Shown here: positions 28,000 to 35,214 of the stretch, one piece after another | Layout: each line of letters begins with the position of its first letter | Numbering within the stretch: the stretch's first letter is position 1 | IMG/VR virus record: IMGVR_UViG_2932088517_000001 | Location: 1-48,405 of that record | DNA from: a virus | Reading direction: 5' to 3' (one strand) | DNA: 48,405 nt | Notes under the pieces: model-generated | Database searches by the model: none | The model's input: the letters and a program-made list of their open reading frames with translations, nothing else | Told to the model about the DNA's origin: nothing | Position numbers and translations under genes: made by a program

Positions 28000-28380
28000 T
28001 CACATTGTGCGTAATGCAAAGCATAAAATACGTGTCGCAGCTGCTCTTTGTGATATTCCCCACTCGATTGCTAATTGGACAAGCTTAGAGTGCGCTCCCT
28101 GCTCCAATTTCGCATGGATGTACTTTTTAGTGTCTCTATATTCATACGCATGTATTTCGCTTATATAATCAATTTTGAGATGTTCTGTGATTATTTTGGA
28201 CATATATTGTGTAGTGGTTATTCCTTCTTGGAATGCTGAGGATCTTATTAGTTGTCTTTGTATTTCATTTACGGGGATTTTTACATCTTTCTTTTTATCA
28301 GAACGAGTTTTACGAGGTTGTTGGTTTGTTATTGTAGTAGATTGTTTTCGAGGTTCAAACATAGGGTTGATTACACTCAT
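28000..28380 (-). CDS. putative tandem ribbon-helix-helix DNA-binding protein (126 aa)
   Basis: Basic N-terminus, then two beta-alpha-alpha-like units (VKIPVNEIQRQLIRSSAFQEGITTTQYMSKII and YIHAKLEQGAHSKLVQLAIEWGISQRAAATRIL). Confidence 0.45.
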   Translation of the reverse strand: MSVINPMFEPRKQSTTITNQQPRKTRSDKKKDVKIPVNEIQRQLIRSSAFQEGITTTQYMSKIITEHLKIDYISEIHAYEYRDTKKYIHAKLEQGAHSKLVQLAIEWGISQRAAATRILCFALRTM

Positions 28381-28405
28381 GAAGCTCCCCTCTTTCGAAA
28401 ATTCA

Positions 28406-28488
28406 CCTCTTCCCTCTCTTTTATTCCAGGGCCACTTTTCCGAAATGCCATTATTCCATGAAAAAACGTCGAGAGAGAGGGAGAAGAG
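28406..28488 (-). promoter_or_regulatory. Polypyrimidine/polypurine inverted repeat in the leader of the 28380 operon
   Basis: cctcttccctctctttt ... gagagagagggagaagag (5 + 7-9 bp with a 2-nt bulge); the SD AGAGGGGAG of the downstream gene resembles the purine arm. Confidence 0.4.
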
Positions 28489-28509
28489 ATATTTTCTTTA
28501 GATAATTAT

Positions 28510-28785
28510 TTATAAACTAAAGTCGCCATCTTTAGATAATTTAGGTCTTTTCTTTTTAGGCGCTTCTTGTTGAGGTTGTGGCTCTTCTATTGCAATAGGT
28601 GCTCCTGATACATTCGGCATATGAATACCGCTACTTCCACCATTGCTTGCAATGTAATAGCGTATTGCATGACGTACTGTTTCTGCTTTTCTGCTTCTAG
28701 GAATCTTTTTTAACCATTCATGAATGTCTTTATCTAGCTGATCATCATAACTAAGCTGATAAATTTTACTCGCCATCTTCTTCAC
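28510..28785 (-). CDS. parR: ParR-like RHH centromere-binding adaptor
   Basis: Small protein immediately downstream of and overlapping parM; N-terminal RHH-like segment, Pro/Lys-rich tail; the start may be ATG 28776. Confidence 0.55.
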   Translation of the reverse strand: MKKMASKIYQLSYDDQLDKDIHEWLKKIPRSRKAETVRHAIRYYIASNGGSSGIHMPNVSGAPIAIEEPQPQQEAPKKKRPKLSKDGDFSL

Positions 28786-29785
28786 TCACTTTAAACATCC
28801 CATATTTGAAAAATCCTTCTGCGTTTGCTTGTTGTGGTTTTTCTGCCACCTTCACGCCACCAACTAAATCTTCAATAGCGCTTGCGAACAATTCCGCTCC
28901 ACCGCCAGTAATAATGATTTCATCGAAACGATCGAACGTTTTCCATGCGTTTTTAATACCTTGTTTAATCTTTTCAGATACTTGGAACACAGCTTTCGGT
29001 TTAACTTCTTCAAAATCAATAATGTGACGTTCTGAAAGTTTATACTGTCCTGATTCAAAGAATGGTTCAACATGGTAGTATTCCACTTTAGCATTAGAAT
29101 TTTGAGAATTGATATAATCAGCGATTTCTTGATAAACATCCTTCATTCCAGCCTCAACTGATTTGAACTCGTTTTCACGACGTAGTCCAGTGATTGAGTC
29201 TAAATCTGTTGTCCCTGTTCCGATATCAATTACTCCTACACGAATATCTTCGTAACGTTCATCAGCTACGAATCCCTCTGTATCTAAGTATTGGCCCATT
29301 ACAGTTCCGATAGGTTGAGGTAAAATGATAACTTCTTCTACATTAACCTTTACTGTTTTACCCTCGATTTTTACTGTATGTAACCCTTCGAAAACTTCTT
29401 TTAGATTATTAGCAGCTTCTGTACCAATTTCGTTACTTGGTACACCTGTAATTACAATTACTTCGTCTGTTGGTTGCACTTTACTTTTAAGAGCAAGATC
29501 AGCAAGAGCAATACTTGTTAACACTTTGTATAAAGGTTCTTTATATCTGTTTTGGAATCCATAAGTTGCAAATACATCTTTTACTTTTGTAATGTCTTTT
29601 CCCCAAACATATTCGATACCTTCAATTTCATAAGTCTTTAATTTTGCTTTTTTACCTGTAATTGATTCCCCTACATCCTTTTTAAAAGCCACTAATGAAG
29701 GTAATACTCCTGCTGCAACTTCACTTCTACCTTTAATGTTCCCATTGCCGTGGTCGATTACTAATACTTTTTTCACCAAATACAC
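28766..29785 (-). CDS. parM: ParM/StbA-family actin-like segregation ATPase
   Basis: VIDHGNGNIKG, VITGVP, VIDIGTGTTD and IIITGGGAEL actin-fold motifs; the start may be TTG/GTG 29779/29776. Confidence 0.8.
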   Translation of the reverse strand: MYLVKKVLVIDHGNGNIKGRSEVAAGVLPSLVAFKKDVGESITGKKAKLKTYEIEGIEYVWGKDITKVKDVFATYGFQNRYKEPLYKVLTSIALADLALKSKVQPTDEVIVITGVPSNEIGTEAANNLKEVFEGLHTVKIEGKTVKVNVEEVIILPQPIGTVMGQYLDTEGFVADERYEDIRVGVIDIGTGTTDLDSITGLRRENEFKSVEAGMKDVYQEIADYINSQNSNAKVEYYHVEPFFESGQYKLSERHIIDFEEVKPKAVFQVSEKIKQGIKNAWKTFDRFDEIIITGGGAELFASAIEDLVGGVKVAEKPQQANAEGFFKYGMFKVSEEDGE

Positions 29786-29830
29786 AACCTTTCTAGAATC
29801 ATTGTATAAAACTTTATTATTTATAAATCA

Positions 29831-29858
29831 ATTATACAGCAGACAAACTATGTTTCAA
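29831..29858 (-). promoter_or_regulatory. Sigma-A-type promoter for parMR (TTGAAA-16-TATAAT on the - strand), flanked by AATCA-containing repeats (possible parC)
   Basis: + strand attata at 29831-29836 and tttcaa at 29853-29858; AATCA motifs near 29797, 29826 and 29880. Confidence 0.55.
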
Positions 29859-29951
29859 TAAAAATATTAAAACTCTACACAATCATACTATTAAACTTCA
29901 ATTGTTTTTATTCCTCATTTCTAAAACGTCAAAAAAGAAACAGTAGCAGTC

Positions 29952-30572
29952 TCATTTAACCCAAAACCGCCACCATTTCTTCTTCTCCTGTACAACAGCT
30001 AACAGCTTTTTAGTCTCTTGTTGTTCTCGAATCGTCTTCATGAGTAGTTCGTCATGGCTATTTATCCGTTCTCCAAGACGTTCCTCTGCTATCTGAATCG
30101 CTTCTTTCATCTGTTGCTTCATTTCTTCTTTAAGTTCTTGTTTAATCTCATCTCTAAGTTGTTCTTTCAATTCATATTTCCAATCATTAAAAGCTAGTTC
30201 TTTCAGTTCCTTCAAGGCTTTATCACGGTCGTTATCTCTAATAAGAGGCGCAGGAACAGCCCCCGTTCCACCATTCCTATCTTCTAAATTGTATTCTTCG
30301 GCTATGACTTTAGCAGCCATGGAACGTGTCGTTCCAACGTTCCCGATAAGCGATTGGAACTTTCGTAATGCTACCAAGTCATGTTCCGTGAAAGCGCGGT
30401 TCTCTCTATTTTTTCCGTCCTTAACTTTGATAAATTTATATCCGTTCTTCTCAAGTTCCAAACACCATTTACGTAAGTAACTGTCACTTATGCCAAGAGT
30501 TTCAGCGACTTCTTTTGTCCAATAAGATTTTTCTAATGAGTCACGATCCCCGTTCCAATGTTCCTTATCCAT
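29952..30572 (-). CDS. MerR-type HTH protein with a C-terminal coiled coil (DUF3967-like)
   Basis: YWTKEVAETLGISDSYLRKWCLELEKNGY... then a charged heptad region; divergent from rep. Confidence 0.6.
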   Translation of the reverse strand: MDKEHWNGDRDSLEKSYWTKEVAETLGISDSYLRKWCLELEKNGYKFIKVKDGKNRENRAFTEHDLVALRKFQSLIGNVGTTRSMAAKVIAEEYNLEDRNGGTGAVPAPLIRDNDRDKALKELKELAFNDWKYELKEQLRDEIKQELKEEMKQQMKEAIQIAEERLGERINSHDELLMKTIREQQETKKLLAVVQEKKKWWRFWVK

Positions 30573-30651
30573 TTTTATTCGTTCCTCCTTCCGTTCCTAT
30601 TGCAACATTCTCGCCAAAAAGTGTCAATCCTCCCTAAAAGTTTTTGACAAT

Positions 30652-30682
30652 AAAAAAGAAGACAAGCATCGCGCTTATCTTC
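30652..30682 (-). terminator. Intrinsic terminator, - strand, upstream of the MerR-like promoter
   Basis: On the - strand: gaagataagc-gcgat-gcttgtcttc followed by ttttttatt. Confidence 0.55.
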
Positions 30683-30689
30683 CTTCGCC

Positions 30690-30718
30690 TTGTAACTATA
30701 TGAAACTTGTATTACAAT
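30690..30718 (+). promoter_or_regulatory. Candidate rep promoter TTGTAA-17-TACAAT
   Basis: -35 at 30690-30695, -10 at 30713-30718; gives a leader of about 200 nt. Confidence 0.5.
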
Positions 30719-30748
30719 TGTTGTAGAAATTAATCGAATAAATGAGAA

Positions 30749-30792
30749 AGAGCCCTAAATCCTCCGCGACCAAACTTTGGATTTAAGACTCT
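30749..30792. promoter_or_regulatory. Large hairpin in the rep leader (12 of 14 bp); on the - strand it is followed by a U-rich tract, so it is a candidate counter-transcript terminator
   Basis: agagccctaaatcc ... ggatttaagactct. Confidence 0.45.
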
Positions 30793-30923
30793 CTGATAAG
30801 TTACACAAGGTGTATACCCTGTTGTTAATTAATTTATGTCTCTATGATATCAAATTTAATCAATAAGGTAAATACTTTTATCTCCTTGTGTGACTTCCTT
30901 TTATTCTCTAAGGAGGTCTATTT

Positions 30924-32237
30924 GTGTTAGCTATACGGCAATCACAGGAAACATTTATTGATGAATGGCATGAATGCTATCTATCAGAACATAAAAAAAG
31001 CGGATATATAGCCGTTTTAGATCTAAGCGGTAGCGAGAAGAAGCAATTATGGATAGGCACGAACGATGTTAAAACTCTTTCAAACATGTCTACCCCTTCA
31101 AATAAGGACTTTTATCTATCTCTGAATAGTTTCACATTCGGAAGTAGGAAAGCGACAGATTTAAAGCAAATAAGAAATATTGGTGTGGATCTAGATTTTT
31201 ATAAGTTGGATATTTCAAAAGAATACGTGATTCAGAATTTACAAGATTGTATCGCTGAAGGATTGTTACCATGTCCAAACCTTGTAATGTACGGAAGAGG
31301 AATGCAGCTGATTTACACTGTACAAGGCGGAGCTGCCCCGCAAATGGCGTTTTTATCTCAATACATAACGAATCATTTCATAAAGATGTTAATGCCATTA
31401 GGAGCCGATGGATCATGCAGTGACCTTTCAAGGGTTTTACGTATGCCATATACGACTCATAGCAAAACTGGAAAGCAAATAGGTCTTGAAATTTGGACAA
31501 GACGTGAGCATGATTTACAAGAATTATATGATTATGTGCCACCTTTAGAGAAGAAGAGACAACCAAAACGCACCGCGACACGTAAAAAAGGGTCAATTTC
31601 AACTATTCCGAGTCAAAAAGGCGTGATGAACCTTTATAGTTTGAATACAAAAAGGAAATCCGATCTAGAGAAGATTGTAATGCTCAGAAACGGCGAAATA
31701 GAGCATAGACACGACATGACATACATTTATGCCTTTACCACTGCTTTAATCGTTAAAAACCAAACAGCGACGCTAGAAATGACGTTTCAATTAAACAATA
31801 AGTTCAAAGAACCACAGAAACGAAAAGAAATAGAACGGACGGCAAAAGATGCGTACAAAGATGCGATTGCATTTTTCGATGCTTTTTCGGCTAACAACTT
31901 CAGTAAACAAGGATTACCATACAGTTTAATAAAACCAATGAAAACAGAGACGATTTTTAAAAAACTAGACATTAAACTGACAGAAGAAGAGCTTGAAGTA
32001 ATGGATACACTGATTGATTCTGAAGAAATTAAGAAGAGAGACAAGCTAAGAAAACGAAAAGCACGTGGATCTGTGAGCAAAGATGAATATTCTAAGAAAT
32101 TATCTGAGGGGAAAAACGAAAAAATAGAAAGTATAAAGAAAAGTATAAAAGAAAATCCAAAAGCCTCTATCAGAAAAATAGCCGAAATAACAGGATTGTC
32201 CAAGTCAGTAGTAGCTAGATTAAGAAAAGAAATATAG
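30924..32237 (+). CDS. plasmid-type replication initiator (Rep), C-terminal HTH
   Basis: GTG start after AAGGAGG; FYLSLNSFTFGSRK...NIGVDLDF motif reminiscent of primase-polymerase/Rep initiators; C-terminal IRKIAEITGLSKSVVARLRKEI. Confidence 0.6.
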   Translation: MLAIRQSQETFIDEWHECYLSEHKKSGYIAVLDLSGSEKKQLWIGTNDVKTLSNMSTPSNKDFYLSLNSFTFGSRKATDLKQIRNIGVDLDFYKLDISKEYVIQNLQDCIAEGLLPCPNLVMYGRGMQLIYTVQGGAAPQMAFLSQYITNHFIKMLMPLGADGSCSDLSRVLRMPYTTHSKTGKQIGLEIWTRREHDLQELYDYVPPLEKKRQPKRTATRKKGSISTIPSQKGVMNLYSLNTKRKSDLEKIVMLRNGEIEHRHDMTYIYAFTTALIVKNQTATLEMTFQLNNKFKEPQKRKEIERTAKDAYKDAIAFFDAFSANNFSKQGLPYSLIKPMKTETIFKKLDIKLTEEELEVMDTLIDSEEIKKRDKLRKRKARGSVSKDEYSKKLSEGKNEKIESIKKSIKENPKASIRKIAEITGLSKSVVARLRKEI

Positions 32238-32335
32238 TGTCCTATAGCTGTCCCTTTAAAGCATAAGTTATATGTGTTTTTAGTCCATAGAAGAAGTGTC
32301 CCACCCTTGTCCTTTTAAAGCAATAGTTATATGCG
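32237..32335 (+). repeat. Two 40-bp imperfect direct repeats (iteron-like), period 59 bp, directly after rep
   Basis: gtgtcctatagctgtccctttaaagcataagttatatgtg vs gtgtcccacccttgtccttttaaagcaatagttatatgcg (31/40 identical by hand alignment). Confidence 0.8.
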
Positions 32336-32390
32336 CACTGGTCTGTCTCTTAAAACAGTAGTATCTGAGTTGTTAACTATTTAACTCTTA

Positions 32391-32413
32391 ACCTCCTATT
32401 TAGGGGGTTTTTA
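32391..32413 (+). terminator. Intrinsic terminator
   Basis: acctcc-tattta-gggggt followed by ttttatt. Confidence 0.55.
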
Positions 32414-32565
32414 TTATGGTGGGGGGACTGTTAGAATAGGCCCTATTTCCGAATTTGGTTTTATCATTCATCTACAGTACGTGAAATTTCATAAGTTGAA
32501 TATTTGTTTTATACATGTTTTATTTTACAATTGATTAGAATGATGAAATTTAAGGGGAAAATTTT

Positions 32566-33237
32566 ATGACTATTAATCTTATAGAAAAGAATTGGATAGA
32601 TGATTTTATTAAAACCGATGCATTTTCAGAGGCATTAGGAATGGTATGGCGTAATGGTTATAAATCAGCAGGTTATTTTCAATTTACTCATAAATCACAA
32701 GCAATGGTAAAGAAGTTTGCTGATTTCTTTGGGAGAGAAACAAGATCAAGATATCGTGAAGACAAAGGATATGTGGAATGGTATATGACTATGAATAGTG
32801 GTCATCCGTTTATCAGAAAAGCAAAAGAATTAGGGTGGACTCCAATACAAGAAAAATCTAGGGCATTTCCTAAAGGTGAGTTTAACAAAGAAGTATTTGT
32901 TAAGACTTATATTTTAATGAGACACGATGTAGGAATAATGAGAGAGAAACGTCCTAAAAATAAGATTTATACTAGACCCCGTTTACGCATTCATGGATCT
33001 ACAGACATATTGGAACACTTAAATGAGTTTATGTTCGAGGAATTAGGGATTAAAAAGAAGAAATTACAGACTGACAGTAAAATAGCAAAAGCAAAAACGT
33101 TATATTTTCAATCATATAAAGATATAGAGAGTATTTTGAAATACATTGGCGCTTCAGAAACGTTAGAAATGTTATATTCGTTTGATTTAGGTTTTCATGA
33201 TGCCGATGAATTTAAAGAGACCCATCTAAGGGAATAG
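32566..33237 (+). CDS. hypothetical protein, possibly a degenerate LAGLIDADG-fold protein
   Basis: Two half-domains with LAGLIDADG-like helices (EALGMVWRNGY; KTYILMRHDVG) and an RLRIHGSTDILEHLNEFMFEELGIK segment. Confidence 0.3.
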   Translation: MTINLIEKNWIDDFIKTDAFSEALGMVWRNGYKSAGYFQFTHKSQAMVKKFADFFGRETRSRYREDKGYVEWYMTMNSGHPFIRKAKELGWTPIQEKSRAFPKGEFNKEVFVKTYILMRHDVGIMREKRPKNKIYTRPRLRIHGSTDILEHLNEFMFEELGIKKKKLQTDSKIAKAKTLYFQSYKDIESILKYIGASETLEMLYSFDLGFHDADEFKETHLRE

Positions 33238-33321
33238 GTGGGTCATTAGGGTACTACTATCTCAGTGCACAAAAGGGAATTTGTATTTAAATAATAGCAT
33301 ATCCTTAAAGTCCTTATATTG

Positions 33322-33405
33322 AGAAATAAAGAAAAGACACCCTAAGGTGCCTTCCTCCGACTTGAACCACTTTAATTTTAATAATATGTATTGGACGCCA
33401 ATCCA
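33322..33405 (-). ncRNA. Candidate small RNA of about 80 nt (extended -10 promoter, internal hairpin, intrinsic terminator)
   Basis: - strand TGGTAAAAT at 33412-33420, hairpin ttgga-ttggcg-tccaa, terminator ggcacc-ttag-ggtgtc followed by ttttctttattt. Confidence 0.3.
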
Positions 33406-33441
33406 ATTATTATTTTACCATGTTAAGTAATGTTAGTCATT

Positions 33442-33471
33442 GAGAAATAAGAAAAGCACTCTTTCGAGTGC
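33442..33471 (-). terminator. Intrinsic terminator of the DUF4352 gene
   Basis: - strand gcactc-gaaa-gagtgc followed by ttttcttattt. Confidence 0.65.
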
Positions 33472-33477
33472 CTTCAA

Positions 33478-34173
33478 CTATTCTACTTTTAATTTGATTT
33501 CTTTACCCATCATCCCGCCACGTGCTTTTAAAACTAAGCCTTGTGCATCAGCTGGAACATCAAAGATGATTTTACCTGTTTGAGATAAACCAGGGTTAAG
33601 TTGTTTTAAGAAGAAATCAGAACTTCCACCATTACCTACATCAAAAGCAGTTTGAGCTTGTGTAGAGTATGTAAACTCACGATCTTTATTATCAACTAAT
33701 TTGAAGCTGTTAGCATCAACAGTGATAGCATCTTTTTGATTGTTTGTAATAGTAATTTCAACTACTTTAAACACACCTTGTGCTTTTTCTTTCAAGTATT
33801 CTCCACCTACTGAATCTACCGATTCTACAGATCCTACAGCGATTTTAACTTTAGAGGACTCGCCTTCTTTAGAAAGTTCCTTTTTAGGCTCTTCTTTTTT
33901 TGGTTCCTCTTTCTTTTTAGGTTCTTCCTTTTTCACTTCTTCTTTTTTAGGCTCTTCCTTAACCTCTGTAGAAGCTTGTTGAGTTGTTTCTTTAGCTTTA
34001 GGTTTCTCTTCTTTATCTTTTGTTGGTATTAATATCATAGCTAACACAAGGCATACAATCGAACTAATAAAAAGTTTCGCCTTAGGTTTTCTTTTAAACA
34101 GAGCAATGATAAATAATACAAACAGAACAATTGAAGCTAGAAAAATCAGTACTGCTAGTGTTTCCATATCCAA
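33478..34173 (-). CDS. membrane-anchored DUF4352-domain protein with a Lys/Glu/Pro-rich repeat linker
   Basis: N-terminal TM LAVLIFLASIVLFVLFIIALF; KEEPKKEEVKKEEPKKKEEPKKEEPKKE; C-terminal beta-rich FKVVEITITNN...FKLVDNKDREF...GKIIFDVP. Confidence 0.65.
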   Translation of the reverse strand: MDMETLAVLIFLASIVLFVLFIIALFKRKPKAKLFISSIVCLVLAMILIPTKDKEEKPKAKETTQQASTEVKEEPKKEEVKKEEPKKKEEPKKEEPKKELSKEGESSKVKIAVGSVESVDSVGGEYLKEKAQGVFKVVEITITNNQKDAITVDANSFKLVDNKDREFTYSTQAQTAFDVGNGGSSDFFLKQLNPGLSQTGKIIFDVPADAQGLVLKARGGMMGKEIKLKVE

Positions 34174-34269
34174 TTCCGCCTTTTCTTATTTTTTGGTTCA
34201 GTATGTAAGATTTCCGAGCTTATCATAGCAAACAACTAATTCGAATATTGTCATATTTTGTCGAATGAA

Positions 34270-34295
34270 AATAAAAAAAGAGAGCCGAAGCCCTC
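34270..34295 (-). terminator. Intrinsic terminator (UUCG tetraloop) after the XRE gene
   Basis: - strand gagggc-ttcg-gctctc followed by tttttttatttt. Confidence 0.65.
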
Positions 34296-34371
34296 AATGT
34301 CAAATATGGTAATATTATGTAAAATTTTACCACTGTTCAATGGAAAACATTTCCCCTACAATGAATTTAAA

Positions 34372-34716
34372 TCAGAACGTATCTTGGTTATCTTTAATCA
34401 TTTGAATGAACAATAACACTTGATTGCAAAAACGCTCTTTCTGAGCATCGTCTAACGCCCCATACGTTGACCTAGCTTCAGAAATGACTTGCTGTATTGG
34501 TTCATCCTCGAAATTGTTAGAGAAACCTACAAGGACGTCTAAAGAAACGTTGAAAAAGGAGGCGATACTCGCTAAAGTTTGAATATCAGGTTGGAATCGA
34601 TTAGTTTCCCAATTCTTAATTTGACTCTGACTTAAATTAAGAGTTTCAGCTAACTCCGCTTGTGTTAAATCACGCGACTTTCTTAATTGTTTTAAAGTTT
34701 GTCCAAAGATTATCAT
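34372..34716 (-). CDS. XRE/cI-like repressor number 2 (114 aa)
   Basis: LKQLRKSRDLTQAELAETLNLSQSQIKNWE HTH plus a C-terminal dimerisation-like region. Confidence 0.75.
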   Translation of the reverse strand: MIIFGQTLKQLRKSRDLTQAELAETLNLSQSQIKNWETNRFQPDIQTLASIASFFNVSLDVLVGFSNNFEDEPIQQVISEARSTYGALDDAQKERFCNQVLLFIQMIKDNQDTF

Positions 34717-34787
34717 AGTAATTTAAGTATAAATATTGCACTATCATACTACTATAATAAGTTGTTTTATTAACCGAATTACAAAAT

Positions 34788-34804
34788 TAGTTGTTAAACA
34801 ACTA
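34788..34804. promoter_or_regulatory. Perfect palindrome TAGTTGTT-A-AACAACTA (operator candidate); half-sites also at 34759-34766 and 34231-34238
   Basis: Read directly; half-sites lie upstream of both the 34716 and 34173 genes. Confidence 0.55.
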
Positions 34805-34850
34805 AAATTTAAAAACAAAATAGAACAAAAGTTCGTATTCTGTGGTAAAA

Positions 34851-34885
34851 TATGCATGTGAGGTCTTTATTATGTCACATGCATA
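34851..34885. promoter_or_regulatory. 11-bp inverted repeat TATGCATGTGA-N13-TCACATGCATA overlapping a TGGTAAAAT extended -10
   Basis: Read directly; followed by a T-rich tract. Confidence 0.45.
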
Positions 34886-34910
34886 ATTGCATATTTTATT
34901 TTTGTACAAC

Positions 34911-34941
34911 TTGAAAAACGTTGATATGAAGCGTTTTTCAA
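34911..34941. terminator. 10-bp hairpin ttgaaaaacg ... cgtttttcaa (bidirectional terminator-like)
   Basis: Read directly. Confidence 0.4.
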
Positions 34942-34992
34942 ACTTTCTCAATAATTGTCTGACAATCATAGGACTGAATATTGGGAAATTTG

Positions 34993-35001
34993 TGGTATTA
35001 T
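34993..35001 (+). promoter_or_regulatory. Extended -10 element TGGTATTAT, candidate aimR promoter (about 200-nt structured leader)
   Basis: Same TGTGGTA context as the element at 34843-34851; leader hairpins at 35042-35071 and 35076-35091. Confidence 0.4.
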
Positions 35002-35214
35002 GAAAACAAATAAAATAAACGGACGTGAAAAAAGACCCACGGTGTAAGTAGTGTTGGAAGCACTCTTACACTGCCCCCTAAGTGCCTAGGGAACATTGTC
35101 GCGGATCTTGTACATACATATTATAACACACCTTAGATTGAAAGTGGCGCGTTTTCCTTTATATGTAACAAATTGGGGTTTACGTGTCTTTTGTCCATAA
35201 GGAGGACAAAGATT

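Noticed and set aside
27989-28063. Upstream extension of the 176-aa gene to the track start at 28063
   Set aside because: It would overlap the preceding gene by 64 nt. ATG 27988 has a good RBS and leaves an 11-nt intergenic spacer.
35173-35214. Track start (TTG 35173) for the AimR-like gene
   Set aside because: In-frame GTG 35215 has a consensus AAGGAGG at ideal spacing. The 14 extra residues are hydrophobic or odd and have no RBS.
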